Below are positions 8,702-17,424 of a stretch of 64,000 nt of DNA, piece by piece. This stretch comes from Dehalococcoidia bacterium (GTDB lineage: Bacteria; Chloroflexota; Dehalococcoidia; Lucifugimonadales; GCA-2712585): assembly GCA_965261665.1 (NCBI GenBank), contig OZ253467.1, positions 30,582 to 94,581 of the forward strand, written 5' to 3'. The notes under the pieces were generated by a model. It was not told the origin of the DNA, did not search any database, and worked only from the letters and a program-made list of their open reading frames with translations. Positions within the stretch are counted from its first letter, which is position 1, and every line of letters starts with the position of its first letter. The translations under genes and the position numbers were made by a program.

Positions 8702-9896
8702 ACCGACCGGCCAAGCCGGAGACCTAGTCCCGGCATGCAAGCCGGAGAAGAGAAACCGAATCGTCCTTTTCGTCAAGCGGGCGGCCCAAGCCGCTTTTCT
8801 CCTGCTGGTCGTCTTCATCATCTTCCTGGGCGCGTCCCACCAGGGCAGGGCCTCCGTCAAGGCCGCCATGTTCATCCCCCACGTATTCGACGCACCCATC
8901 AAACCCCTGGAGTGGTTCACCCCGGACCCGGTGAGGGAGCGGGTGTCCTTCCCCATCCCCTACGGCGCCGGCATAGGCGACCTCTATCGCCCGCCCGGCG
9001 ATGGCCCTTTCGCCGCCGTCGTTCTCTTCCTCGGCGTCTCTCCCGCCGGCGCCGACGACCCGCGCGTCGTCCGTCTTGGCGAAGCCCTCGCCCGCTCCAA
9101 CATGGCCACCATGTTCTACTGGTCCCCCATCATGGCCGAGGGCCGCATGGAACCCGAAGACATCCATAACCTTGTGGCCGCCTACCAGTTTCTTTCCAGC
9201 CAGGACTTCATAGACCCTTCGCGGGTGGGCATTGGTGGCTTCTGCGTGGGCGCCAGCTACAGCATCATGGCAGCCGCCCAGGAACCCATCCGTGAGCAGG
9301 TGGCTTTCGTCAACGCCTTCGGACCCTACTTCCATCTTCCCGACCTCCTGACCGCCATCACCTCCCAGACCCGCACCTACGGCGACGACGTCCAGCCATG
9401 GAAGCCGGATAAGCTCTCCCGCGAAGTTTATGTCACGCACATGACCGAAGACCTGCCGGAGAATGAGCGCCGCTTGCTGCAAGAGGGCTTCAACGAGGGC
9501 ACTGCCATTCCGGAGGACGCCATCCAGAGCTTGTCCGACGAAGGTAAAGCGGTGTACACCCTCCTGATGGGCGTTCCGAGGGAGGAAGCCGACGCCTACC
9601 GCTCCCGAATGCCCGCCGCAACCCTGGAACGGGGCGACAGCATATCCCCCAGCCAGTACATCGACGACCTGGAAGCCGAACTGCTCATCATGCACGACCG
9701 GGAGGACAAGCTGGTTCCGGCCTTCGAGTCCCGGCGGCTCCGCGACGCTCTCGCCGACCGCGGCAACGTTCGTTACACGGAATTCGGCCTCTTCGACCAC
9801 GTGACGCCGGAGATCCGGCTGGGCCTCTGGGACACTGCCAAAGAGCTTCGCAAGCTCTTCCTCCACCTCCACGGCATCCTAATGCAGGCCACCTAA
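8694..9896 (+). CDS. Membrane-anchored alpha/beta hydrolase, dienelactone-hydrolase-like
   Basis: N-terminal TM. Nucleophile elbow G-F-C-V-G (Cys nucleophile, as in dienelactone hydrolases). C-terminal ...DHV... His region. 8-nt overlap with the upstream gene. Confidence 0.6.
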   Translation: MNEPTGQAGDLVPACKPEKRNRIVLFVKRAAQAAFLLLVVFIIFLGASHQGRASVKAAMFIPHVFDAPIKPLEWFTPDPVRERVSFPIPYGAGIGDLYRPPGDGPFAAVVLFLGVSPAGADDPRVVRLGEALARSNMATMFYWSPIMAEGRMEPEDIHNLVAAYQFLSSQDFIDPSRVGIGGFCVGASYSIMAAAQEPIREQVAFVNAFGPYFHLPDLLTAITSQTRTYGDDVQPWKPDKLSREVYVTHMTEDLPENERRLLQEGFNEGTAIPEDAIQSLSDEGKAVYTLLMGVPREEADAYRSRMPAATLERGDSISPSQYIDDLEAELLIMHDREDKLVPAFESRRLRDALADRGNVRYTEFGLFDHVTPEIRLGLWDTAKELRKLFLHLHGILMQAT

Positions 9897-9944
9897 CCCC
9901 TTACCCACGTCGAGGTCTGGTGACGTCGGTGTGACGACAACGAT

Positions 9945-9970
9945 AAAGGGCGCCCACGTGGACGCCCTTT
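9945..9970. terminator. Bidirectional hairpin between convergent genes
   Basis: AAAGGGCG-cccacgtgga-CGCCCTTT: perfect 8-bp stem with A/T runs on both sides. Confidence 0.55.
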
Positions 9971-10002
9971 AAGTAGATAATTCCACTCCCGCGGGTGTGA
10001 TC

Positions 10003-11133
10003 TTAGACGGTTGCCCCTTGGACCAGCCGCTCCCCGTAGATTTTCAATGAGTTGTCCCAAAGAATCTTCCGTTTGGTGTCATCCGAAAGGGGCTGTTCCA
10101 TCATGTTAGCAAGGGGTTCGTTCGTCGCCGGTGCGTCCGGGTGGGGGTAGTCCGTGTTGAAGACGATGTTGTCGTCGCCAATATAGTCCACCACGTACTT
10201 GATTGAAGGTTCGTCGGCGTCGGCGGCCACCGCACACTGCCGCAGGAAGTACTCTTGGGGCGTCAGCTTAAGCGGGTGCTCGTCAAAGAATACGGACTGG
10301 CGACCTTCGCAATACTTCTCCAACCGGTTCAGCCAGAAGGGTACCCAACCGGAGTTGGCCTCCAGGATAAGCAGCTTCAGGTTGGGGAACTTGTCCAGGA
10401 TGCCGCTGTACATGAAGTGGCCCAGATTGATCATGTTTTCGAAGGGGAAGCCGATAGTCTCGCTGAGGGCGATGAAGGCGCCGTCCAACGGAGCGTAGCG
10501 CGCGTTGGTGCTTGGCGATCCGCTGGCGCTGCTTTCGCCATGAACGGCCAGAGGCACTTCCAGATCCTGGGCAACCTCCCAGACGGGAGAATAGTCCGGA
10601 TGGTGCCACATCTTCTCCGGGATGGCGGTGGGCAGGAATATGGACACTGCGCCGAGTTCCGCAACCGCACGCCGGGTCTCGTTCAGCATCAGCTGAGGGT
10701 CCTGACCGGTGACAACGGCGGCAAACTTGATTCGCCCGGGATCGCCGCTGCAGAAGTCGTAGGCCCAATTGTTATAGGCGCGGCAGAGGGCAGCGGACAG
10801 GTCCGGCTCCTTGTAGGATGGAGCAGCAGCGCCGTTGGTCGGCAGGCAGACCTGAATGTCCCAGCCCTCCGTGTCCATATCTTTCAGGCGACTCTCCAGG
10901 CTCCAGCTATCCCTGAAGGCGTGGCCGAATTTGTCGTCCATCATAGAAAATAGGGACTTGGACTTGAGGGCGTTCATCGTCTCCGCACCCTCGTACTCCA
11001 GGATGGCCTTGCCGTGGACCTGTGTGACGATGGGGCGTCGGTCCCGGTAGGCGGGCTCAACGTAGCTGTCCCAGATGTCGCCGGGCTCGTAGAAATGGGC
11101 GTCAGCGTCGATAACTTTGAATCCGTTTCGCAT
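10003..11133 (-). CDS. Amidohydrolase_2 family metal-dependent hydrolase/decarboxylase
   Basis: N-terminal KVIDADAHFYEP motif, ~375 aa TIM-barrel size. Paralogous to 11164..12291 and 52619..53773. Confidence 0.8.
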   Translation of the reverse strand: MRNGFKVIDADAHFYEPGDIWDSYVEPAYRDRRPIVTQVHGKAILEYEGAETMNALKSKSLFSMMDDKFGHAFRDSWSLESRLKDMDTEGWDIQVCLPTNGAAAPSYKEPDLSAALCRAYNNWAYDFCSGDPGRIKFAAVVTGQDPQLMLNETRRAVAELGAVSIFLPTAIPEKMWHHPDYSPVWEVAQDLEVPLAVHGESSASGSPSTNARYAPLDGAFIALSETIGFPFENMINLGHFMYSGILDKFPNLKLLILEANSGWVPFWLNRLEKYCEGRQSVFFDEHPLKLTPQEYFLRQCAVAADADEPSIKYVVDYIGDDNIVFNTDYPHPDAPATNEPLANMMEQPLSDDTKRKILWDNSLKIYGERLVQGATV

Positions 11134-11163
11134 GGCTAGTACCTCCCTATTTGGGCGTTGAGT

Positions 11164-12291
11164 TTAGTTTAGCTCCATGTGGTAGAGCTTGATGACGTTG
11201 TCGCGGGTAACCTTCTTCTTGATCTCCTCAGACACGCCGTCGAAGTTTTCCTCCACAATCTGGTGAGAGTTGGGGAAGGTGGACTGAGCATGGGGATAGT
11301 CGCTGGCCCAGGCGTAGTTGTCCTCACCGTAGTAGTCGGCCAAACGCAGGCCGATGGGGTCGTCCATGTAGGTGACGAAAAGCTGGCGCTTGGCGTATTC
11401 GCTGGGCGGAATTTTCAACTCCGTGGGGTGGCTGTAGGCGGCCTTGTCATAGAAGTGGTCGGCTCGGTAAAGGAAGTGGGGCACCCAACCGATATCGTTT
11501 TCGGCGGAGACTATGCGAAGGTTGGGGTGTCTCTCCAGAGCGCCGGAGAACATTATCTCCGCGAAAGACCGCTGAACCTCGTGGATGATGCTGATGGCGC
11601 GAAGGTAGTGGTTCTTCTTGAACTTTCCAACGTTGCGGCTTTCCTCTCCGTGGCCCGTGAGGATGTGCAGACTGATGGGCAAGTCGAGCTCAGCGGCGGC
11701 GGCCCAGAAGGGTTCGAAGACCGGATCGGCATAGCTGACGTCGTCGGGCGGCGAGGCCATGATGAGGGCGCCGCGTAGGCCCAGCTTCGCGCATCGATTG
11801 AGTTCCTTTACGCCCTCGTTCACGTCAAGGAGGGAGATCATGCCGAGGCCTATCATGTGCTTGGAGTCATAGCTGCAATACTCGGAAATCCAGGTGTTGT
11901 AGGCGCGGAAGAGGGCCTGCTGGAAGGGAGCGTCGGTGAGGCGAAAGAGGCGGAATCCGAGGGTTGTGTAGAGAATTTCGGCCTCGACGCCGTCGACCTC
12001 CAACTCCTTGATACGCTCCTCCGGGATGTAGGCTCCTAGAGGGCACTGCTCCTCCACGGAGACCTGCTCCAGCATCTTCTTGAGCTCTTCAGGGGAAGCT
12101 CCGGCGGAGAAACCGCCGCCGACCTTTTCCGGCTCCTGGCCCGGCATGACGAAGTAGTCGCCCTTGAGGCCGTTGGGGTTGGTGATGATGCGAGGGGCGC
12201 GGTCCCGGAACTGCGGGTCCAAATAGTCCACCCACATTTCACGGGGTTCAAAGACGTGAGAATCAGCGGAAATGAGTTTGTAGTCAGGCAT
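11164..12291 (-). CDS. Amidohydrolase_2 family metal-dependent hydrolase/decarboxylase
   Basis: LISADSHVFEP motif and C-terminal SDYPH motif. In tandem with 10003..11133. Confidence 0.8.
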   Translation of the reverse strand: MPDYKLISADSHVFEPREMWVDYLDPQFRDRAPRIITNPNGLKGDYFVMPGQEPEKVGGGFSAGASPEELKKMLEQVSVEEQCPLGAYIPEERIKELEVDGVEAEILYTTLGFRLFRLTDAPFQQALFRAYNTWISEYCSYDSKHMIGLGMISLLDVNEGVKELNRCAKLGLRGALIMASPPDDVSYADPVFEPFWAAAAELDLPISLHILTGHGEESRNVGKFKKNHYLRAISIIHEVQRSFAEIMFSGALERHPNLRIVSAENDIGWVPHFLYRADHFYDKAAYSHPTELKIPPSEYAKRQLFVTYMDDPIGLRLADYYGEDNYAWASDYPHAQSTFPNSHQIVEENFDGVSEEIKKKVTRDNVIKLYHMELN

Positions 12292-12306
12292 GTTTTGCTC
12301 CTGGGT

Positions 12307-12480
12307 CTAAGTTTTCTTGGGCGGCATTGGCCCCGGCGGCTTGCGCGACCTTAGAGTTCTAGCCGGGACTTGCTTTGGAGGGACGCCATATTTTACTGGT
12401 GGCATCTCAACGGCGCGTCTCACCTCAGGCCCCGTGCGAGATTTCGTGTCGTCTTTGTCGAAGATGTTTTCTTTTGACAT
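12307..12480 (-). CDS. Small basic Pro-rich hypothetical protein (57 aa)
   Basis: ATG preceded by AGGAGAG with a 7-nt spacer. MSKENIFDKDDTKSRTGPEV...PPGPMPPKKT. Ends 15 nt before the amidohydrolase start. Confidence 0.35.
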   Translation of the reverse strand: MSKENIFDKDDTKSRTGPEVRRAVEMPPVKYGVPPKQVPARTLRSRKPPGPMPPKKT

Positions 12481-12530
12481 GCTACGACTCTCCTGTGCGA
12501 CAGGCTCTATATTCACTTCTTTGGATTATA

Positions 12531-13199
12531 TCACGCGATGTCGTGGATTGTGGTAGCTCCCCAACCCTTAGACGCCGACGAGAAGGGATTATAAAAATAT
12601 GTATAGACTAGAACGGACTTGACAGTCGCCTCTACAATGAATTCGCAAGCTTCTTGATAGGACTCGCCGGGCTCTATAACCAACGCGTGCTCTTTCCATG
12701 AACGATGCACCTCGTCTATGACGGGCCAAAGTAGGTCCTCATAGATCCGGTCAACGAAAACCTGTGCATGGAGAAATGCTACATCCTGGTCTTTCATTGG
12801 CGCGATTTTTTGGAGAAGGAAAAGACCTTCAATCAGATCTACCTTGACCTTGGAATTATTCTGAAGGGTTGCGGCTACATCAATATGTACATAGCTTTCA
12901 CCAATGTGCCTATGCGTAACTTTCTGCGTAATGGTCAAGCGAGGCGCAAAGACTCTGAAAATCTGCAGCTTGAAGAGCGCAAAGGCGGCGGCCATAAATA
13001 TAGCTATGGCCGTGACAATTACCTGGAAGATCCTAGCGGACTCGCCAAATCCGTCGTCTGTCAACCACATGTTGATCGATATGGCCGCTATTAAGACCGA
13101 GAAGAAAGAGACGGCCCATAGGAGGGCTTGCAGGAGGCTGTTTCTGTCCATGCAGGTGCTAGAGCAACAGGGCCACTTTAAAGAAAAGGCTCTCGCCAC
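12531..13199 (-). CDS. Hypothetical 2-TM membrane protein with a C-terminal soluble domain
   Basis: AT-richer than its surroundings. Two TM helices (LLWAVSFFSVLIAAISINMW, IFQVIVTAIAIFMAAAFALF). GTG start 1 nt after the upstream stop (TAGTGTG). An alternative ATG lies at 13151. Confidence 0.5.
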   Translation of the reverse strand: MARAFSLKWPCCSSTCMDRNSLLQALLWAVSFFSVLIAAISINMWLTDDGFGESARIFQVIVTAIAIFMAAAFALFKLQIFRVFAPRLTITQKVTHRHIGESYVHIDVAATLQNNSKVKVDLIEGLFLLQKIAPMKDQDVAFLHAQVFVDRIYEDLLWPVIDEVHRSWKEHALVIEPGESYQEACEFIVEATVKSVLVYTYFYNPFSSASKGWGATTIHDIA

Positions 13200-13200
13200 A

Positions 13201-13554
13201 CTAGTCCACTTCAGCCATCAGCCCCACGAACCTGGAAACGTCTAACAAACGTGTTTCAACGTCCATCGAAGTGAGCCAGTTCTCATAGAAATTCACATGC
13301 AGGGTGTTGGCGCTCCCAAACAGACCGGTCAGTTCAGTGTTGCCGGGTTCTGCCCCCAGCAGTCTCACCGCACGAAATAAGTCTCCGTGGGTGTTATGCT
13401 CCCAGCCCCTGCCTTGAGCCACGGCTTTCACCGCTTGGGCCGCCGCACCCCAGCCCTTCTCCGACGCCTGCCTTGTGTCCCCGCGATCCAATTCCACGTT
13501 CGCCTGCTCTAACAGTTGCGCCGCCGCAGTCCTATAGTCCGTTCCAGTTGTCAC
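13201..13554 (-). CDS. PaREP1/HEPN-like helical protein
   Basis: GTG start with AGGAGGA 5 nt upstream. Shares GDTRQ.(S/A)EK..GAA.Q...A.A..RGW.H..H and ..HV.F(Y/F).. blocks with the ORF at 43834..44223. Confidence 0.5.
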   Translation of the reverse strand: MTTGTDYRTAAAQLLEQANVELDRGDTRQASEKGWGAAAQAVKAVAQGRGWEHNTHGDLFRAVRLLGAEPGNTELTGLFGSANTLHVNFYENWLTSMDVETRLLDVSRFVGLMAEVD

Positions 13555-13654
13555 AGAAATCCTCCTGCCGGCGTGGACTCATTCAGTGTGTTCCACCTAT
13601 ATGCCATTATACACGAACGGGCGTCCCTAATGGGCACGCCAACCCATCGGGGAC

Positions 13655-14665
13655 TCAGGCGAGCAACCCCTCCAGCTCCAGCAGGTTGGCGTCGTCTTGC
13701 ACCCGTTCACCCCGCTCGATTTCCTTGATTAACTCTACGAGCTTGTTGTTCAACGGTGTGGGTACGCCGTGCTCCGCACCCTTCTGGACGATGGGGCCGA
13801 TGATATAGTCGACCTCCGTGGGGCGCTTTCTCACTGCCACGTCTCGCCAGGGGCCGGAATAGACTTTCACGTGCCCTTCGAAGCAGTCGGCCATCAGATC
13901 GAAGTGGGGCAGAGCCACCTCGGGGTCGGAGCGCACTAGTTCAGGCGGATTGAAGCGGTGCTCCGACAGGGTTTCCAGGGTGACGCCGTCGGCCTCCGCC
14001 ACCTCCACGCCTTCCTTGAACAGGGCAAGCAGAATGGGGCGGTTTCTATCCTCCCGTAGCATGTCCACCGTGGTGGAGGTTCCCAGGGCGTTGCCTATGT
14101 AGAAGCAACCCCAGATTACCTTGGACCACAGATGCCCGAAGATGTTGGGCGTGATTGTGGTCTCGGCCACGTTGTCCAGGACTTTTTGAAGCTCGACGAT
14201 TCTTTCGGTGGTGGAACCGTCCAGCTCGCCAATGCGCATGGGGCCGTCGCCACCGTAGAGGATATGGCCCGGCTCGATGTAGTCGCCGCCCCAATTAACC
14301 AGGCATCCCACGGTCCGGTGGGCGCCGATAAGGCTGGCGATTAGCTCTTCGTTGAGGCCGTTCTGTAGGGACACCACCGTTGTTTCCGGGCCGATATGGG
14401 GCATCAGAGTTTCCATGGAGGAGGCGGTGTCCTGGGCCTTGACGCAGAGGAACACGGTCTCCAGATAGCCTTGCATATCGTCGGGCAGCATGGCGGGCGC
14501 GCGCACTCGCTCCTCGCTGACGCCCGACACCAGCAGGCCCTGCCGGTTGATGAGTTCCACGTGCTCCGGCACCTTGTCAACAAAGGTTACCTCATGGCCG
14601 GCCAATGCCACTTTTGCGCCGGTTATTCCTCCGATGGCTCCTGCGCCGTAAACGGTGATGTTCAT
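13655..14665 (-). CDS. panE: 2-dehydropantoate 2-reductase (ApbA/PanE family)
   Basis: N-terminal Rossmann motif ITVYGAGAIGG. Length and layout are typical of ketopantoate reductases. Confidence 0.75.
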   Translation of the reverse strand: MNITVYGAGAIGGITGAKVALAGHEVTFVDKVPEHVELINRQGLLVSGVSEERVRAPAMLPDDMQGYLETVFLCVKAQDTASSMETLMPHIGPETTVVSLQNGLNEELIASLIGAHRTVGCLVNWGGDYIEPGHILYGGDGPMRIGELDGSTTERIVELQKVLDNVAETTITPNIFGHLWSKVIWGCFYIGNALGTSTTVDMLREDRNRPILLALFKEGVEVAEADGVTLETLSEHRFNPPELVRSDPEVALPHFDLMADCFEGHVKVYSGPWRDVAVRKRPTEVDYIIGPIVQKGAEHGVPTPLNNKLVELIKEIERGERVQDDANLLELEGLLA

Positions 14666-14833
14666 GAATGCTCCTTTCCCTTCTGTCCAGGTTTCCCAAT
14701 ATATAATGAGATTAGGATGACGATTGGATTATGTATCTGCCTGACAGGTACGGTCAAGCCGAAAAGATTCTCATGAAACCTAGTCGTGTCACGACGCCAT
14801 GATTGACGACATTGATTCCCTGTATGTTAGAGT

Positions 14834-15658
14834 TTGGAAAATCCCAAGTTGAAGAAGGGTTGCAGCGGCTTGGCAGATTCAACGCCAATTCTGGAAGTGC
14901 ATGACCTGGTGAAGGATTTTGGCGGCGTGCGGGCGCTGGACCATTGCAGCTTGGAGATCGATCCCGGCCACATAACGGGCATAATCGGGCCCAACGGGGC
15001 GGGGAAGACAACTCTGTTCAACGTGGTTTCCGGGTTCATGCGCCCCACCAGCGGAAACATCGCCTTCGAGGGCCGGCGCATCGAGGGCAAGGGCATGCAC
15101 GAAACCTTCGGTCTGGGGCTGGTGCGGACCTTCCAGATTCCCCGGGAGATGCAGCGGATGACGGTCATGGAGAATCTCATGCTGGTGCCGGCGCGGCAGA
15201 TGGGAGAGAAGCTGTGGGCGTCGTGGTTCCGGCCCGGAAGGGTTGCGCGGGAGGAGCGCCGTATTGAGGGCCAGGCGCGGGAGGTGCTGGAGATGCTGAC
15301 CCTCTCCCACCTGGCTGACGAATACGCAGGGAACCTCTCCGGCGGTCAAAAAAAGCTGCTGGAGTTGGGCCGCACCCTGATGGCCGAACCCAAGATGGTG
15401 CTGCTGGACGAACCCGGGGCAGGTGTCAACCGTACCCTGCTCAGGAGCATATCAAAGAGCATCCTCCTTGCCAGTACGGAGCGGAACATCACCTTTGTGA
15501 TTATCGAGCACGACATCGGCTTTGTCATGGCGATGTGCGACCCCATCATCGTCATGGCCAACGGAGCGCCCATTGCCAAGGGGACGCCCAGGGATATTCA
15601 GAGCAATCCGCTGGTTATGGAAGCCTACCTGGGAGGGTTGACCCATGGCGCTCCTTGA
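14834..15658 (+). CDS. livG: Branched-chain amino acid ABC transporter ATP-binding protein
   Basis: Walker A GPNGAGKTT, signature LSGGQKKLLE, and the LivG-type FGGVRAL N-terminal block. Confidence 0.85.
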   Translation: MENPKLKKGCSGLADSTPILEVHDLVKDFGGVRALDHCSLEIDPGHITGIIGPNGAGKTTLFNVVSGFMRPTSGNIAFEGRRIEGKGMHETFGLGLVRTFQIPREMQRMTVMENLMLVPARQMGEKLWASWFRPGRVAREERRIEGQAREVLEMLTLSHLADEYAGNLSGGQKKLLELGRTLMAEPKMVLLDEPGAGVNRTLLRSISKSILLASTERNITFVIIEHDIGFVMAMCDPIIVMANGAPIAKGTPRDIQSNPLVMEAYLGGLTHGAP

Positions 15659-16349
15659 GGTTTCCAAGGTCGTGGCGGGTTACGGCCAAACGGAGATTCT
15701 TCACGGCGTGTCGCTGATCGTGGAGGAGGGAGAGATAGTCACGATTATCGGCCCCAACGGTTGCGGCAAGTCTACCCTGATGAAGACCGTGGCAGGGTTG
15801 GTGAAGGTATGGGGAGGAAGCGTGAACTTCCGAAGGGCCGATATTTCTTCTATGCCGCCGGAGTCGATAGTGAAGACAGGGCTTTGCTTCGTGCCCCAGA
15901 CGAGGAACGTGTTTCCTTCCCTGAGCATACGGGAGAACCTCGAGATGGGCGCCTTCCTGCGAAGGGACGACTTCAACGGTCGCATCGAGGAGATGTTCGT
16001 CTTCTTCCCCGACTTGGCGGAGGATCCGCAGAGACGAGCGGGAAGCCTTTCCGGCGGGCAGCGGCAGATGCTGGCCATTGCCCGGGCGCTGATGCTGGAC
16101 CCAACGCTGATACTGCTGGACGAGCCCTTCGCCGGCCTTGCGCCTGCCATGGTGGACCTGGTGCTCGATAGAATTCTGGAAATAAACCGGAGCGGCGTTT
16201 CGGTACTTCTGGTAGAGCAGAATGCCCGGCAAGCCCTTTCGGTGTCCAGCAGGGGATACATCCTCGTTTCGGGGGAGAACCGGTTGGAAGACAAGGGCAG
16301 CGCCCTCCTGGATAACCCTGAAGTGGCCCGTCTCTACCTGGGCGGCTGA
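15645..16349 (+). CDS. livF: Branched-chain amino acid ABC transporter ATP-binding protein
   Basis: Walker A GPNGCGKST, signature LSGGQRQMLA. 14-nt overlap with livG. Confidence 0.85.
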   Translation: MALLEVSKVVAGYGQTEILHGVSLIVEEGEIVTIIGPNGCGKSTLMKTVAGLVKVWGGSVNFRRADISSMPPESIVKTGLCFVPQTRNVFPSLSIRENLEMGAFLRRDDFNGRIEEMFVFFPDLAEDPQRRAGSLSGGQRQMLAIARALMLDPTLILLDEPFAGLAPAMVDLVLDRILEINRSGVSVLLVEQNARQALSVSSRGYILVSGENRLEDKGSALLDNPEVARLYLGG

Positions 16350-16352
16350 GAC

Positions 16353-17408
16353 ATGGCCAAGTTGTTGGGAGTGAAGATGACCCCCTTTGACAGGTTGGCC
16401 GGCCACATTCGTCGCCACTGGACACCGGCCCATACTACGGCGGCCATCGTTCTTACGGCGCTGGTAGTTGGACTGCTGCCTTTCGTTCAGATGGGCCTCA
16501 TCGTGAACGGGATCTTCCTGGGGGCGATCATTGCCCTGGGCGCCGTGGGACTGACGCTCATCTACGGAATTCTGCACTTCGCCAACTTCGCCCATGGCGA
16601 CTATATGACCATGGGAGCCTACGTGGCGCTATTCGTCACGGCCAGCTTCTTTCCCTGGCTCGGTGTGGAGAGCGGCGGATTAGGCCCCTTCACCTTCGGA
16701 TACACCCTGCTCATCGCCCTGCCGGTGGCGGCCCTCGCGGTGGTGGCAGGAGCCATTCTACTGGACAGGTTCGTCTATCGTCGTCTCAGGGACAGGGGAG
16801 TCAACGACATAGTGATTGCAATGGCTTCCATGGGAGTTGCCATTGCCCTGAGAGGCTTGGTTCAGATGATTTGGGGCGGGGACATCGAGACCTACCCGCG
16901 GGAGTCAAAGCAGGTCTTTCATCTACCCATGGACGTGCGGATACCGCCGGACGCCATTTTCATTGCGCTGATGGCCGTGGTCCTGGTAGCGACGGTGTAC
17001 TTGGTACTCACCCGCACGCGGATCGGCAAGGCCATGCGCGCTACGGCAGACAATCCGGAGTTGGCGTTGGTGAGCGGCATCGGAGTTCGTGGGGTCACCT
17101 GGTGGACTTGGGGCATCGGCGCGGCACTGGCCGCAACGGCGGGAGTGCTGCTGGCGGTGTTCCAGGGACAGCTGCTGCCTATCATGGGTTGGAAATTTCT
17201 GATACCCGTGTTTTCAGCGGTAGTTCTAGGGGGCATCGGCAACCCCTACGGGGCATTGGTCGCGGCCTTTGCCATCGGCGTAACGTCGGAAGTATCCACC
17301 CAGTGGATGAACCCCAGCTACAAGCCGGCGGTAGCTTTCGCAATGATGATTGCGGTGCTGCTGATACGACCCAAGGGCCTATTCACCATGGCGGGCTCCG
17401 GGCGTTGA
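16353..17408 (+). CDS. livH: Branched-chain amino acid ABC transporter permease
   Basis: LivH-type motif LIYGILHFANFAHGDYMTMGAY in a polytopic protein. Confidence 0.8.
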   Translation: MAKLLGVKMTPFDRLAGHIRRHWTPAHTTAAIVLTALVVGLLPFVQMGLIVNGIFLGAIIALGAVGLTLIYGILHFANFAHGDYMTMGAYVALFVTASFFPWLGVESGGLGPFTFGYTLLIALPVAALAVVAGAILLDRFVYRRLRDRGVNDIVIAMASMGVAIALRGLVQMIWGGDIETYPRESKQVFHLPMDVRIPPDAIFIALMAVVLVATVYLVLTRTRIGKAMRATADNPELALVSGIGVRGVTWWTWGIGAALAATAGVLLAVFQGQLLPIMGWKFLIPVFSAVVLGGIGNPYGALVAAFAIGVTSEVSTQWMNPSYKPAVAFAMMIAVLLIRPKGLFTMAGSGR

Positions 17409-17424
17409 GGAGGGAGGAGGCGAA

